A stretch of DNA of 64,000 nucleotides from an uncultured Bifidobacteriaceae bacterium. Lineage in GTDB: Bacteria > Actinomycetota > Acidimicrobiia > IMCC26256 > DASPTH01. Shown here piece by piece: positions 15,829 to 25,492 of the stretch. Below the pieces are notes generated by a model, which was given only the letters and a program-made list of their open reading frames with translations, was not told where the DNA came from and searched no databases. Location of the stretch: assembly GCA_964505725.1 (NCBI GenBank), contig CAZDJK010000052.1, positions 66,295 to 130,294 on the forward strand. Direction: 5' to 3'. The position numbers and the translations under genes were made by a program. Positions within the stretch are counted from its first letter, which is position 1. Every line of letters starts with the position of its first letter.

Positions 15829-17313
15829 GTGAGCGACGCCCCCACACCATCGCCCGCGCCCGAGACTGCCGCGGCGGCCGCCAATCCCGACGTGGTGATC
15901 GTCGGCGCAGGGCCTGCGGGCCTCACCGCCGCCTACGTGCTGGCCAAGCGCGGCGCCGCATCGACCGTGCTCGAAGCCGACGACGTCGTGGGCGGGATCA
16001 GCCGCACCGCCCAACGCGACGGCTGGCGGTTCGACATCGGCGGACACCGCTTCTTCACCAAGGTGAAGGCGGTGAACGACCTGTGGTTCGAGATCCTCGG
16101 GCCCGACGAGTTCCTCCGCCGGCCCCGCATCAGCCGCGTCTACTACCGCGGGAAGTTCTACGACTACCCGATCAAGGCCGTGAACGCGTTGACGAACCTC
16201 GGCCCGGTCGAGGCGATGCGTTGCATGATCTCCTACGCGTGGGTGCGGGTGCGGCCGCCCAAGGACCAGAGCACGCTCGAGGGCTTCGTGGCCTCTCGCT
16301 TCGGCTGGCGCCTCTACGAGCACTTCTTCAAGACGCAGAGCGAGAAGGTCTGGGGCGTGCCCTGCACCGAGATCCAGGCCGACTGGGGTGCCCAGCGGAT
16401 CAAGAACCTGTCGATCGGCCGCGCGGTGCTCGAAGCGCTCACGCCCAAGCGGATCCGCATGGGTCGCGACAAGTCGAAGCAGGTCACGAGCCTGATCGAG
16501 CAGTTCAACTACCCGAAGTACGGGCCGGGCCAGATGTGGGAGAAGGCCACCGACCTCGTCACCGAGCGCGGCACCAAGGTCGTGATGAATTCGGTCGTGA
16601 CCAAGGTCGAGCACGCCGACGGGCGCGCCCTCGCGGTCACCGCGGTGAACGACGGCGTGACGAACCGGTATCCGTGCACCCACGTCGTCTCGTCCATGCC
16701 GATCAGCGCGCTCCTGAAGGCGATGGATCCCCCTCCGCCCACCGAGGTGCTGCGCGCGGCCGAGGCTCTCCGTTACCGCGCGCACATCACGGTCGCGCTC
16801 GTCGTACCCGAGGACGTGGGCTTCGACGACAACTGGATCTACATCAACGACCCCGAGGTGAAGGTCGGCCGGGTGCAGAACTTCGGCCGCTGGTCGCCCT
16901 ATCTGGTGAAGGACGGTCGCACGTCGCTCGGGCTCGAGCTGTTCGTCAACGAGGGCGACGAGTGGTGGAGCAAGACCGACGAGGATCTCATCGCCACCGG
17001 GAAGCGTGAGCTCCACCAGATCGGGCTGCTCGATCCGTCCAAGGTGGAAGCCGCCTACGTGGTGCGCACGCCGAAGGCGTACCCGTTCTACGACGCGCAC
17101 TACAGGCAGAACGTCGCCGTCCTCGCCGAGTGGCTGGCCGAGCACGCCCCCAACGTGTACCCGGTCGGTCGCAACGGGATGCACCGGTACAACAACCAGG
17201 ACCACTCGATGTACACCGCGATGCTGAGCGTCGAGAACATCTTCGGTGCCCACCACGACGTCTGGTCGGTGAACGTCGAGGAGGAGTACCACGAGGAGAT
17301 CACGGAGTCGTAG
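15829..17313 (+). CDS. NAD(P)/FAD-dependent oxidoreductase (amine-oxidase / UDP-galactopyranose-mutase-like fold)
   Basis: 494 aa. Dinucleotide-binding motif VVIVGAGPAGLTAAYVLAKRG...VLEADDVVGGISRT. It converges on the AftD-like gene and overlaps it by 14 nt. Confidence 0.85.
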   Translation: MSDAPTPSPAPETAAAAANPDVVIVGAGPAGLTAAYVLAKRGAASTVLEADDVVGGISRTAQRDGWRFDIGGHRFFTKVKAVNDLWFEILGPDEFLRRPRISRVYYRGKFYDYPIKAVNALTNLGPVEAMRCMISYAWVRVRPPKDQSTLEGFVASRFGWRLYEHFFKTQSEKVWGVPCTEIQADWGAQRIKNLSIGRAVLEALTPKRIRMGRDKSKQVTSLIEQFNYPKYGPGQMWEKATDLVTERGTKVVMNSVVTKVEHADGRALAVTAVNDGVTNRYPCTHVVSSMPISALLKAMDPPPPTEVLRAAEALRYRAHITVALVVPEDVGFDDNWIYINDPEVKVGRVQNFGRWSPYLVKDGRTSLGLELFVNEGDEWWSKTDEDLIATGKRELHQIGLLDPSKVEAAYVVRTPKAYPFYDAHYRQNVAVLAEWLAEHAPNVYPVGRNGMHRYNNQDHSMYTAMLSVENIFGAHHDVWSVNVEEEYHEEITES

Positions 17314-20300
17314 CCGGCTCCGTCGGTTGGTCCTCGCCCCCGGCGCGTGACCGCAGCGCACCGCACACGAGGTCGGCGAGCACCAGCGCCAGCGTCAGCC
17401 ACGCGAGCTCCGGCTCCTGTGCGGCCCGGGCGATCACCAGCACGACGGGGGCGCCGAGCGCGAGCAGCACCCGCGCACGCGTCACCCGTGTCGCCACCAA
17501 CGTGCCGATGCCGGCGACGAGCCCGATCCAGCCGCGCGACACCAGCGCGACCCCCAGCCCCACGCTCGCCGACGCCACGATCGTGCCTGCCCACGACGGT
17601 GCGGGTCCGGGGTAGGTGAACGGCGAGACCAGAGCCGGCGCGTCGGCGATCGCATCCTCCGACTGGCGGCGCCCGCGCCGGCGCCGCCGTCGGGTGATCA
17701 CGACGATCGCGACGCACGCGACGACGGCCGCCGCCGAGATCGCGAAGCCGACCCACACCTCGCGCTGGGGCGTGAACCTGAGCGAAACCGTCATCGTGCC
17801 CGCGCCGGTGGGCCGGACGAGCCAGCCGTTGGCGTAGCCGTTCACGTTGGTCTGGCGGCCGAGGGTGCCCGACGACGCCGCCGCCTTCCAGCCGCGGTCG
17901 AAGCTCTGGCCCATCACCAGCCAGAACGGCGTCCCGTCGGTGTGCACCTTCACGTCAATCTTCGTCGCGGAGTTGTGGGTGACGGTCGTCTCGGCGCCGC
18001 TCTGGTCGAGCGGCGTGCCCAACGGGGCGATCTCGGCCGGCGTGCCCGCCGCGTCCGACGAGAGGACGACGCGGTCGATGTCGATGCCGGTGGTCAGGCC
18101 CGCGGCGGTGGTCAGGCGGTTGCTCCCGGCGGGGAGCGGGAGCGACGGGTCGCACCGGAGGAGTTCCAGGCCGCTCCTCGCGTCGGCCGCCGCGCCCGCG
18201 ATCCGCACGGGGACCGCGGCGCCGTTCACGCGGAGGAGGTCGTCGCGGCAGCCGGTGTCGATCTCCGCGGCCGGCGGCGCCGGGCGCGCCACGCCGGGGA
18301 AGTCGGCCTCGGCGATCGAAGGCGGGAGGGCGACGTTGGTCACGTTCGGGTCGGTGCTCGTGGTCACGTCGCGTACGCCGTCGACGACGAGGCGCAGCGT
18401 GCTCGCGGTCACCGGCGCGAACGGGATCGACACCGCGTACTGCTTGTCCTTCACCGCGCTCGTCGGGAAGTCGGGGACGTCGAGGGTGCGCACGGGCTGC
18501 CCGTCTGCCTCCAGCGTGAAGCTCGACGGCACGTACTGGCGACCGTCGACGCCGAGCACGAGGTCCACGTGGTCGACGGTGGTGGGCGCCGGGAGCTGCA
18601 CCTGCACCCACGAGCCGGTCGGGCTCATGAACGGCGCGCTCCACTGCGTCGTCGGATCGCCGTCGAACGCGCTCGAAGCACGATCCTCGGCGTTGCCCGT
18701 GAGGTGACCGGACGCCGTGTAGGTCGTTCCCGGCGCCGTCGTCCCGAGCAGCGAATCGAGCACGTCGTCGGGCGCGTTCGGGTTCACACGGGCGGTTCCG
18801 CCCAAGCCGAACGCGCGCGCGTCGGGCAGCACGAACCGCCGGACGAGCGACAGCTCCTCGTCCTGGCGGTCGCGAGCGGTCGGGTCGTAGCGCAGACGGC
18901 TCAACACCACGTCGAGCCGGTGGCCGGCCGCGTCGGCGCCGACGTCGCGCGCGACGTCCACCGGCAACCGGACCGTCTCGCTCAGTCGCGCGTCGCCGAC
19001 CTCGACCTCTGCGAATCCGACCGGGTTGTCGGTGACACCCGGCGGCGGAGTCGTGCTGGTGGCGAGGATCTCGATCCCGAGCTGCTTCACCGCGCGCTCG
19101 GGGAACCGCACCACCTGGCCTCCGGGGGTGAGCGAGTCGGCGCCGAGGTCCACCGTCGTCGAGGTCCCGTCGTCGAAGTGCAGCGCGACCTTCGTGACCA
19201 CGCGGTTGCGCACCCCGGTCTGCGGCTGCACCAGGGTGACGTGGTCGGTGTCGACCGGGTGCTTCGTACGCAGCACGAGCTGCGCGCCGACGGCGTCGAT
19301 CGGCCGCACGCGCCACGCGGTGCGCAGGTCGCCGTCGAACGCGTGCAGCGGACGGTCCTGCGCCAGCGTGGCGGTGGCGTCCGCCGTTCCTCCGTGCTGC
19401 TCGACGACGGTGCGGTCGGCGTCGGTCGAGCCCGGGAACACGTCGAGCGCCACGGCGCCGGTGGCGGGGTCGGAGTCGGCCTGGCCGGCACGCAGTGTGG
19501 GGCCGGTGGTGTCCTTGATCGACTCGAAGAAGTCCTCGGACCGCCGCCGGTTCGAGTCGGTGAGCACGAGGTCCGCACCGTTGCGCAACGCCTGCCGGAG
19601 CTGGGACGGCTTGAGGGAGGCGAGCTCGAGCACGAGCTGGTTGCCGTCGAGCAGCCCCGCGGCGGCGGCGTCGACGATGCCCTCGCCGTCACCCGAGAGG
19701 ACCACCGGACCCGCCTGCGGCGCCGCGTGCACGATGGGCACCGCGCCCTGCACGTCGAACAGCGAGACCGGCGGAGGGTTCGGCACGTTCGGGGCGATGG
19801 TCGCGGCGGTCTCGTCGCGGGTGGGCACGATCGGATCGGGCACGTTCGGGACCGGCTCGCCGAACCCCTCCGGTGAAGCGAGACCGGGTGGTCGGGGGTC
19901 GGTCAGCAGGTTCCAGAGCAGCTGGGGGCGGGGCAGGTCGAAACGCTCGAACTGCAGGTCCGAGCGGAGCACGACCGTCCCGACGTTCATGATGCGGGCG
20001 ACCGCCGCGAGCGACGACGGTTCGAACGTGCCCTCCTGGATGCGCTGGTCGAGCGCGTCGAGGAGGTTCACCGACTGCGGTGTTCCCGACGGCAGCACCT
20101 CACGCGCTACGTAGGGACGGTCCGTCAGCATGTTCGTGATCGGGTCGACGGTGTTGCCCCAGCGGTACGCGGCGAAGTTCGAGCCCGGGATCTCGAGGAT
20201 GCGGGTGGAGTTGCCCTCGGCCGAGAGCGCGTCGGCGGCGTCGTGCCAGTACTGTGGGAGCGTCTCGGGCTCCTCCAGCCGGCTCGAGAGGTAGCCGAGC

Positions 20301-21589
20301 CGCCAGACCGGCACGAGCGCGGCGAACGCGAGCGCGCCCACGCCCACCGCGGCGACCACCTCGAGCCGGCGGCTCGCGAGCGCGCTCACCCCCGCGGCGA
20401 GCAGTCCCGCGATCCCGAGCACGATCAGCGGTGCGATCCGGGGCGTGTTACGGAGCGCGAGCCCGAGCGACGAGTGGTTCGCGAAGTCTCTCCACACGCG
20501 GCCGTACGGGCTGGGGTCGTCATAGGGCCACGCCCCGACGCCGACGACGACCCCGACGAGCACCAGCACGAGGAAGTAGGCGCGGTGCCGCCAGCGCACG
20601 ACCGCAGCCGCCGCGAGCCCGACCACCGGGATGGCGAAGCTGGCGACGACGACGGGCGTCCGGTTCACGTAGTAGGCGGCCTGGTCGATCGAGTTGCCCA
20701 ACCGGTCGACGCCGTAGAAGAACCAGTTGCCGATGCCGCGCAGCAGGTCGAGCGGCGTCGACGCGGTGGAGACCACCCGCACTGTCTCCGTGAGCTGGAG
20801 CACGGGCAGGCCGTACGCGCCCTGGAGCCGGAGCCCGACCGCCCACCACACCGACACGCCGAGCGCGAGCAGCGCGATCCGCCCCGACGCGAGCAGCGCC
20901 GCCCGCGCCGCGGCGCGCCCTCGGAACAGCTCCATGACCACCCACACCACGGGTCCGATCCCCGCGAGTACCAGGGCCGAGGCGTTGACCGTTCCCACGA
21001 GCAGCACGACCAGCGCGAACCACGCGGGATCGCGCCAGCCGCCGCGCCGGACCGCGCGCATCGTGAGCCCGACGAGCCACGGGAGCCCGGCCCACGGCAG
21101 CAGCAGCACCGAGATGCGCGCGGTGAACGCGAGCTGGTAGGGCGTGAGCATGTAGACGAGCGCACCCGCGAGCGCGCCGGCGCGCCGTACGCCGAGCATC
21201 GTGAACAGCCAGCGCGCGCCCAGGACCGCGGCGAGCGAGATGCTGCCGAGCCAGAGGCGCTGCGCGATCCAGGTCGGGACGCCCACCTGCGCGAGGAGCC
21301 AGTAGAAGGGCCCGATCGGGAACAGGTAGCCGACCTGCTGGTGGGGGACCGACCCCATCCCGAGGTGCGGATCCCAGAGGGAGAGCGCCCGCGAGAGCAG
21401 GCGGCCCGGATCGACAGAGAGGAACGACTTGTTGTCGGCGCTGATCTCGCCGGGGGAGGAGAGGAGGAAGGGGACGTAGGCGAGCAGGACGAGCGCAGTG
21501 TCCTCGACCACACGCGCCAGCCCGATCCGGTCGGTGGTCGGACGAGCGGGCGCACCTCGACGTGCGGCATCCGCCGCGACCCCCGTCAT
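17300..21589 (-). CDS. AftD-like alpha-(1->3)-arabinofuranosyltransferase family protein (DUF3367 GT-C plus large extracytoplasmic domains)
   Basis: I chose the ATG at complement 21587-21589 (MTGVAADAARRG...), giving 1429 aa. The track's upstream 110 codons overlap the divergent gene and look off-frame. N-terminal polytopic GT-C region (ISADNKSFLSVDPGRLL...WDPHLGMG), long soluble middle with discoidin/CBM-like stretches, and C-terminal TM helices, as in mycobacterial AftD. Confidence 0.8.
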   Translation of the reverse strand: MTGVAADAARRGAPARPTTDRIGLARVVEDTALVLLAYVPFLLSSPGEISADNKSFLSVDPGRLLSRALSLWDPHLGMGSVPHQQVGYLFPIGPFYWLLAQVGVPTWIAQRLWLGSISLAAVLGARWLFTMLGVRRAGALAGALVYMLTPYQLAFTARISVLLLPWAGLPWLVGLTMRAVRRGGWRDPAWFALVVLLVGTVNASALVLAGIGPVVWVVMELFRGRAAARAALLASGRIALLALGVSVWWAVGLRLQGAYGLPVLQLTETVRVVSTASTPLDLLRGIGNWFFYGVDRLGNSIDQAAYYVNRTPVVVASFAIPVVGLAAAAVVRWRHRAYFLVLVLVGVVVGVGAWPYDDPSPYGRVWRDFANHSSLGLALRNTPRIAPLIVLGIAGLLAAGVSALASRRLEVVAAVGVGALAFAALVPVWRLGYLSSRLEEPETLPQYWHDAADALSAEGNSTRILEIPGSNFAAYRWGNTVDPITNMLTDRPYVAREVLPSGTPQSVNLLDALDQRIQEGTFEPSSLAAVARIMNVGTVVLRSDLQFERFDLPRPQLLWNLLTDPRPPGLASPEGFGEPVPNVPDPIVPTRDETAATIAPNVPNPPPVSLFDVQGAVPIVHAAPQAGPVVLSGDGEGIVDAAAAGLLDGNQLVLELASLKPSQLRQALRNGADLVLTDSNRRRSEDFFESIKDTTGPTLRAGQADSDPATGAVALDVFPGSTDADRTVVEQHGGTADATATLAQDRPLHAFDGDLRTAWRVRPIDAVGAQLVLRTKHPVDTDHVTLVQPQTGVRNRVVTKVALHFDDGTSTTVDLGADSLTPGGQVVRFPERAVKQLGIEILATSTTPPPGVTDNPVGFAEVEVGDARLSETVRLPVDVARDVGADAAGHRLDVVLSRLRYDPTARDRQDEELSLVRRFVLPDARAFGLGGTARVNPNAPDDVLDSLLGTTAPGTTYTASGHLTGNAEDRASSAFDGDPTTQWSAPFMSPTGSWVQVQLPAPTTVDHVDLVLGVDGRQYVPSSFTLEADGQPVRTLDVPDFPTSAVKDKQYAVSIPFAPVTASTLRLVVDGVRDVTTSTDPNVTNVALPPSIAEADFPGVARPAPPAAEIDTGCRDDLLRVNGAAVPVRIAGAAADARSGLELLRCDPSLPLPAGSNRLTTAAGLTTGIDIDRVVLSSDAAGTPAEIAPLGTPLDQSGAETTVTHNSATKIDVKVHTDGTPFWLVMGQSFDRGWKAAASSGTLGRQTNVNGYANGWLVRPTGAGTMTVSLRFTPQREVWVGFAISAAAVVACVAIVVITRRRRRRGRRQSEDAIADAPALVSPFTYPGPAPSWAGTIVASASVGLGVALVSRGWIGLVAGIGTLVATRVTRARVLLALGAPVVLVIARAAQEPELAWLTLALVLADLVCGALRSRAGGEDQPTEPATTP

Positions 21590-21677
21590 GTGGCCCGTGA
21601 TCGTAGGCCGCGGGCCTTCCGATCCCGTGTCGGTCCGGAGCCGCGCGCGGGTGCGCGCCGAGTAGCGTGGCGACGCC

Positions 21678-23687
21678 TTGGAGACCGTGAGCCCGGCGCC
21701 TGCCACCGCCGCGCGGCAGGCGGGCCCCGAGTCGAAGCTGCCGGGGCGCGTCCGCCGCGCGCTTCGCGCGTCGTGGCCGCTCATCGCGCTCGCGGTCGCC
21801 GGCGCGTTGATCGCAGTGCTCGTGCGCCACCTCGTGTTCCCGGCGTACTCCTGGAACCGCGACGAGCCCGTGTACCTGTGGCAGATGAGAATGCTCCGCG
21901 AGGGCAAGGTGCTGGTCACCGACGGCGGCGCGCCCTCGTTCTTCTACCCGTGGCTGGCGGGCCACACCGGCAGCTCGTTCTTCTCGCAGTACACGCCCGG
22001 GTGGCCGCTGGTGCTGCTGGCATTCGACGTGGTCTTCGGTTCGCCCGGGAACGCACTCGTGTTCGGGACCGTGCTCGCGATCGTCGCCACGTACGCGTTC
22101 ACGCGCGCGTTGACCGGCGATCACGTGCTCGCGCTGGTCGCCTCCGCGGTGATGACCGTGTCGCCGTTCCTCGTGATCCAGAGCGGCACGTACCTCGGTT
22201 ACCTCTTCACCTACGGTCTCGGCCTCCTGTTCGGGGCCGGGCTGATCGCGGGCGCGCGGCGGGCCGGGCACTGGCTCCTGATCGGTGCCGGTCTCTGCCT
22301 CGGCTGGATCTTCATGACGCGCCCGTACGACGCGTTGCTCTGGGCGGCCGCCTTCGGCGGCTACCTCCTGTTCTCGTGCTGGCACGAGCGGGAGCGCCTG
22401 TGGCGCGCGGTCGGGTGGAGCGTCGTCGGCTTCGTGCCGTTGTTCGTCGCCACGCTCGTGTTCAACTACCGCGTAACGGGCAGCTTCACGCAGTTTCCCA
22501 TCACGGCCGCCGACCCGCTCGACACCTTCGGCCTCGGGGTGCGCCGGATCATGCCCCAGTGGCCGCCGTTCGTCTACACGTTGCGACAGGCGGTGAAGGG
22601 GCTGGGGCGGAACTCCGTCTACTTGCCGATCTTCCTGTTCGGCAGCTACCTCGGCGTCGTGGTGGCGGCGGTCGGGCTGTGGCTGCGCCGCCGCGATCGC
22701 ACCACGGTCGCTCTGCTCGCGCTCGCCGTGGTGTTCCCGCTCGGGTACTTCGTGTTCTGGGGCCTCTACCTGTCGTCGACGACGGTGACGTTGAGCGGGC
22801 CGATCTACTTCATGCCGCTGTTCGCGACGCTCTCCATCCTCATCGCGACCGTCCTCGTCGCGGCCTGGCGTCGACGACGCGCCCTCGGGGTTGGGCTTGT
22901 CGTCGTGCTGGTCGTCGCCACCGTCCCGTTCCTCGTGAATCGACTCGACGTGAACCATCGGCTCAGTGCCCTGCAGCAACCGTGGCAGCACGTGACCGAC
23001 GGCATCGACCGGCCGGTGCTGGTGTTCGTGTCCCGGTCGGGGCGGTACCTGATGCACCTGAACCCGTTCTCGGCCAACAGCCCCGACATCGACGGCCCCG
23101 TCGTGTACGCGACCGATCACGGCCCCGCGAACCTCGACCTCATCGCCGCGCGGCGTGGGCGGTCTCCGTATCTGGAGAACTGGACGCTCGGTCCCGACGA
23201 CCTCGATCCGGTGAGCCCGAACGCGGCCCGGCCGCGCGTGACCTTGGTACCGCTCCACGTCGTGAGGGGAACGACGATGACGTTCCGGGTGGAGATCACC
23301 GTGCCTCGAGCGTCGCGGGTCGTCGTCGCCTACGCGACGGTCGGGACGCACACGGAGGCGCGCACGCTCGCCACCGACGCGCCCGCAGGCGCCACGTACT
23401 CGATCACATTCGTGGTGACCGACGACAGTCCCGCGCCACCGGGTTCATTACCGTTCGCCGCGCCGCGCCTCGGGGTGGTGGAGGTGGGCGCCGGCGCCGG
23501 CGCCGACCCGGGTGCCGCGCTCGCGCCGGGCCACCTCGCGCAGCGGTTCTGGTACCGGCGCCAGGGTTCGGCGATCGAGATGGCCACGCCGGGGCAGACA
23601 CTCGTCGCCCAGGCGGTCGGCGCGCCCACGGTGCGCACCGCGCCACCGGCGCGGACGTTGTCGGTGACGGCCGCGGTCGCCGGGTGA
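21678..23687 (+). CDS. GT-C-type polytopic membrane glycosyltransferase (ArnT/PMT-like); paralogue of 1-1790
   Basis: 669-aa ORF with a TTG start (uncertain). About 12 hydrophobic helices followed by a soluble C-terminal domain. Divergent from the AftD-like gene. Confidence 0.7.
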   Translation: METVSPAPATAARQAGPESKLPGRVRRALRASWPLIALAVAGALIAVLVRHLVFPAYSWNRDEPVYLWQMRMLREGKVLVTDGGAPSFFYPWLAGHTGSSFFSQYTPGWPLVLLAFDVVFGSPGNALVFGTVLAIVATYAFTRALTGDHVLALVASAVMTVSPFLVIQSGTYLGYLFTYGLGLLFGAGLIAGARRAGHWLLIGAGLCLGWIFMTRPYDALLWAAAFGGYLLFSCWHERERLWRAVGWSVVGFVPLFVATLVFNYRVTGSFTQFPITAADPLDTFGLGVRRIMPQWPPFVYTLRQAVKGLGRNSVYLPIFLFGSYLGVVVAAVGLWLRRRDRTTVALLALAVVFPLGYFVFWGLYLSSTTVTLSGPIYFMPLFATLSILIATVLVAAWRRRRALGVGLVVVLVVATVPFLVNRLDVNHRLSALQQPWQHVTDGIDRPVLVFVSRSGRYLMHLNPFSANSPDIDGPVVYATDHGPANLDLIAARRGRSPYLENWTLGPDDLDPVSPNAARPRVTLVPLHVVRGTTMTFRVEITVPRASRVVVAYATVGTHTEARTLATDAPAGATYSITFVVTDDSPAPPGSLPFAAPRLGVVEVGAGAGADPGAALAPGHLAQRFWYRRQGSAIEMATPGQTLVAQAVGAPTVRTAPPARTLSVTAAVAG

Positions 23688-23718
23688 GCGGCGGAGCCGC
23701 CCGTTCCCCGGCGCGAGC

Positions 23719-23759
23719 TTGCGTCACTTGGGCGGAAATAAGCAGGTCAAGTGACGCAA
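23719..23759. terminator. Perfect 12-bp-stem hairpin between convergent genes
   Basis: TTGCGTCACTTG (23719-23730) and CAAGTGACGCAA (23748-23759) are exact reverse complements with a 17-nt loop. It lies between the stops at 23687 (+) and 23789 (-). Confidence 0.45.
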
Positions 23760-23788
23760 CCTTGGTGCGTGGGGACGGCGGACGGCCG

Positions 23789-24433
23789 TCAGCCGGGGCG
23801 CCCGCGTCCCATGCGGTAGTAGCTCGCGAACGTCACGTTGGTATCGTCGGGCAGCGCGGCGGGGGTGCCGAGCGCCCGCGCGCCCCACACGATCTCCGCC
23901 GTGCGCTCCACCAGCTCGGCGACGTGCAGCGCCTGTGCGACGTCGCGCCCGATGGTGAAGAGCCCGTGGTTGGCCATGAGCACCGCGCTCCGCTCGTCGA
24001 GATGACGTGCGACCTCGACCGCGAGCTCCTCGGTGCCGGTCGTGCGGTACTCCGCCACCGGGACGTCGCCGCCGACGTAGACGACGAACTCCTCGACGAG
24101 CGCGGGGATCGGCTGTCGCGCCACTGCGAACATGGTCGAGAACTTGGCGTGGCAGTGGATGGTCGCGCCGATGTCGTCGAAGCTCCTGAGCGCGGTGAGG
24201 TGCAACGCGAGCTCCGACGTCGGGGGGCGTGAACCGCCGACGATGGTGCCGTCGAGCGCGCACTCGACGAGATCCTCGGCACCCATGGTGACGTAGTCGG
24301 TCGACGACGGCGTCACGACGACGTTGCCGTTCGCGAGCCGCGCGGCCAGGTTCCCCGACGTCCCGAGCACGAGCCCCGACGCCAGCAGCGCGCGCGCCGC
24401 GCCGACCACCTGCTCACTCACGTCCGTGGTCAT
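23789..24433 (-). CDS. Class II aldolase/adducin-family protein (L-fuculose-phosphate-aldolase-like)
   Basis: Starts MTTDVSEQVV... with an ATGA overlap to the upstream dehydrogenase stop. Contains TSGNLAAR, PSSTDY and HCHAKFSTMFA motifs. Confidence 0.85.
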   Translation of the reverse strand: MTTDVSEQVVGAARALLASGLVLGTSGNLAARLANGNVVVTPSSTDYVTMGAEDLVECALDGTIVGGSRPPTSELALHLTALRSFDDIGATIHCHAKFSTMFAVARQPIPALVEEFVVYVGGDVPVAEYRTTGTEELAVEVARHLDERSAVLMANHGLFTIGRDVAQALHVAELVERTAEIVWGARALGTPAALPDDTNVTFASYYRMGRGRPG

Positions 24434-25419
24434 GTCGCTCTCTTCTCCCTCAGGACCTCGGGGTTCACGAGGTTCGACGGCGTGCCTCCGGCGAGGAGGG
24501 TGACCAGGCCCTCGGCGACGAGGCGCGCATGGTTCGCCTCGGTGTCGTAGGTGGCACCCCCGATGTGCGGCGTGAGCACCACGTTGGGCAGCGAGCACAG
24601 GGGGTCGGACGGATCGAGCGTCTCACCCGCGAAGTGGTCGAGCCCGGCCGCCGCCAGCGGGCCGTCGCGCAGCGCGTCGACCAGCTCGTCGACGTCGTGG
24701 AGGGCGGCGCGCGCGGCGTTGAGGTAGACCGACCCGTCGCGCATGCGCGCGAACTGATCATGGCTCATCATCCCGGCCGTCTCCGGCGTGACGGTGGAGT
24801 GCATGGACACGACGTCCGCCTCGTCGAGCAGCTCCGGCAACGTGTGGGTCGCCTCGGCGACAAACGGATCGTGCGCGATGACGCGCATACCGAGACCCTC
24901 GAGGCGCCACTTGGTGGCACGCCCGACCGCGCCGAGCCCGACGATCCCGGCGGTCCGCCCGGCGAGCTCCCAGGCGCGGAAGCGTTGATAGGGGATGGTG
25001 CCGTCGCGGTACGTCTCGCCGGCGCGGACGTCGGCGTCGGCGCGCACGATGCCCCGGGTGGCCGCGAGGAGCAGTCCGACGGTCAGCTCGGCGACACCGT
25101 CGGCGTTCCGGCCGGGGGCGTTGAGCACCGGGATGCCACGAGCGGTCGCGCCCGCGACGTCGACCTGGTCGGGTGTGCCCCGGCACACGCCGATCGCGAG
25201 CAGGGGGAGGTCGAGCACCGCGCCGGACACGAAGTCGGCCTCGACCACGAGGATGTCGGCTCCCTCCTCGGTGACCCGCGCCGCCAGCCCGTCGCCGTCG
25301 TAGATGCGCAGTGGGCGGTGGTCGACCCACGGGTCGACCACCACGTCGGCCACCTCGCGGAGCCGGTCCAGCCCCGCACCTCGGAACGGCGCGGTCACGA
25401 GCGCCTTCGGCTTCGGCAC
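24430..25419 (-). CDS. D-isomer-specific 2-hydroxyacid dehydrogenase (PGDH-like)
   Basis: 329 aa. NAD motif GIVGLGAVGRATKWRLEGLGMRVIAHD and catalytic-region TPHIGG. Confidence 0.9.
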   Translation of the reverse strand: MPKPKALVTAPFRGAGLDRLREVADVVVDPWVDHRPLRIYDGDGLAARVTEEGADILVVEADFVSGAVLDLPLLAIGVCRGTPDQVDVAGATARGIPVLNAPGRNADGVAELTVGLLLAATRGIVRADADVRAGETYRDGTIPYQRFRAWELAGRTAGIVGLGAVGRATKWRLEGLGMRVIAHDPFVAEATHTLPELLDEADVVSMHSTVTPETAGMMSHDQFARMRDGSVYLNAARAALHDVDELVDALRDGPLAAAGLDHFAGETLDPSDPLCSLPNVVLTPHIGGATYDTEANHARLVAEGLVTLLAGGTPSNLVNPEVLREKRAT

Positions 25420-25464
25420 GGGGGGATTCTCGCGGATCGCGGGGCCGCCAGCTCCCGAACCCGG

Positions 25465-25478
25465 GTGTCAGTTGACAC
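25465..25478. promoter_or_regulatory. Inverted repeat GTGTCA-gt-TGACAC upstream of the fur-family gene
   Basis: Perfect 6-bp arms. It overlaps TTGACA (25472-25477) and lies 15 nt upstream of the ATG at 25493, in a relatively AT-rich stretch (gttgacacaaagtgttgataagatg). A candidate autoregulatory operator. Confidence 0.35.
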
Positions 25479-25492
25479 AAAGTGTTGATAAG

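Noticed and set aside
13770-15926. 718-aa minus-strand ORF antisense to the tad pseudopilin genes and usp
   Set aside because: The composition is junk-like. It overlaps five plus-strand genes that have family motifs and coupled starts.
20243-24232. 1329-aa plus-strand ORF, the longest after the AftD-like gene
   Set aside because: The translation is dominated by R, P, G, A, D and H runs with no recognisable domains. It is antisense or off-frame to three well-supported genes (AftD-like, GT-C, aldolase), which is typical of spurious long ORFs in very GC-rich DNA.
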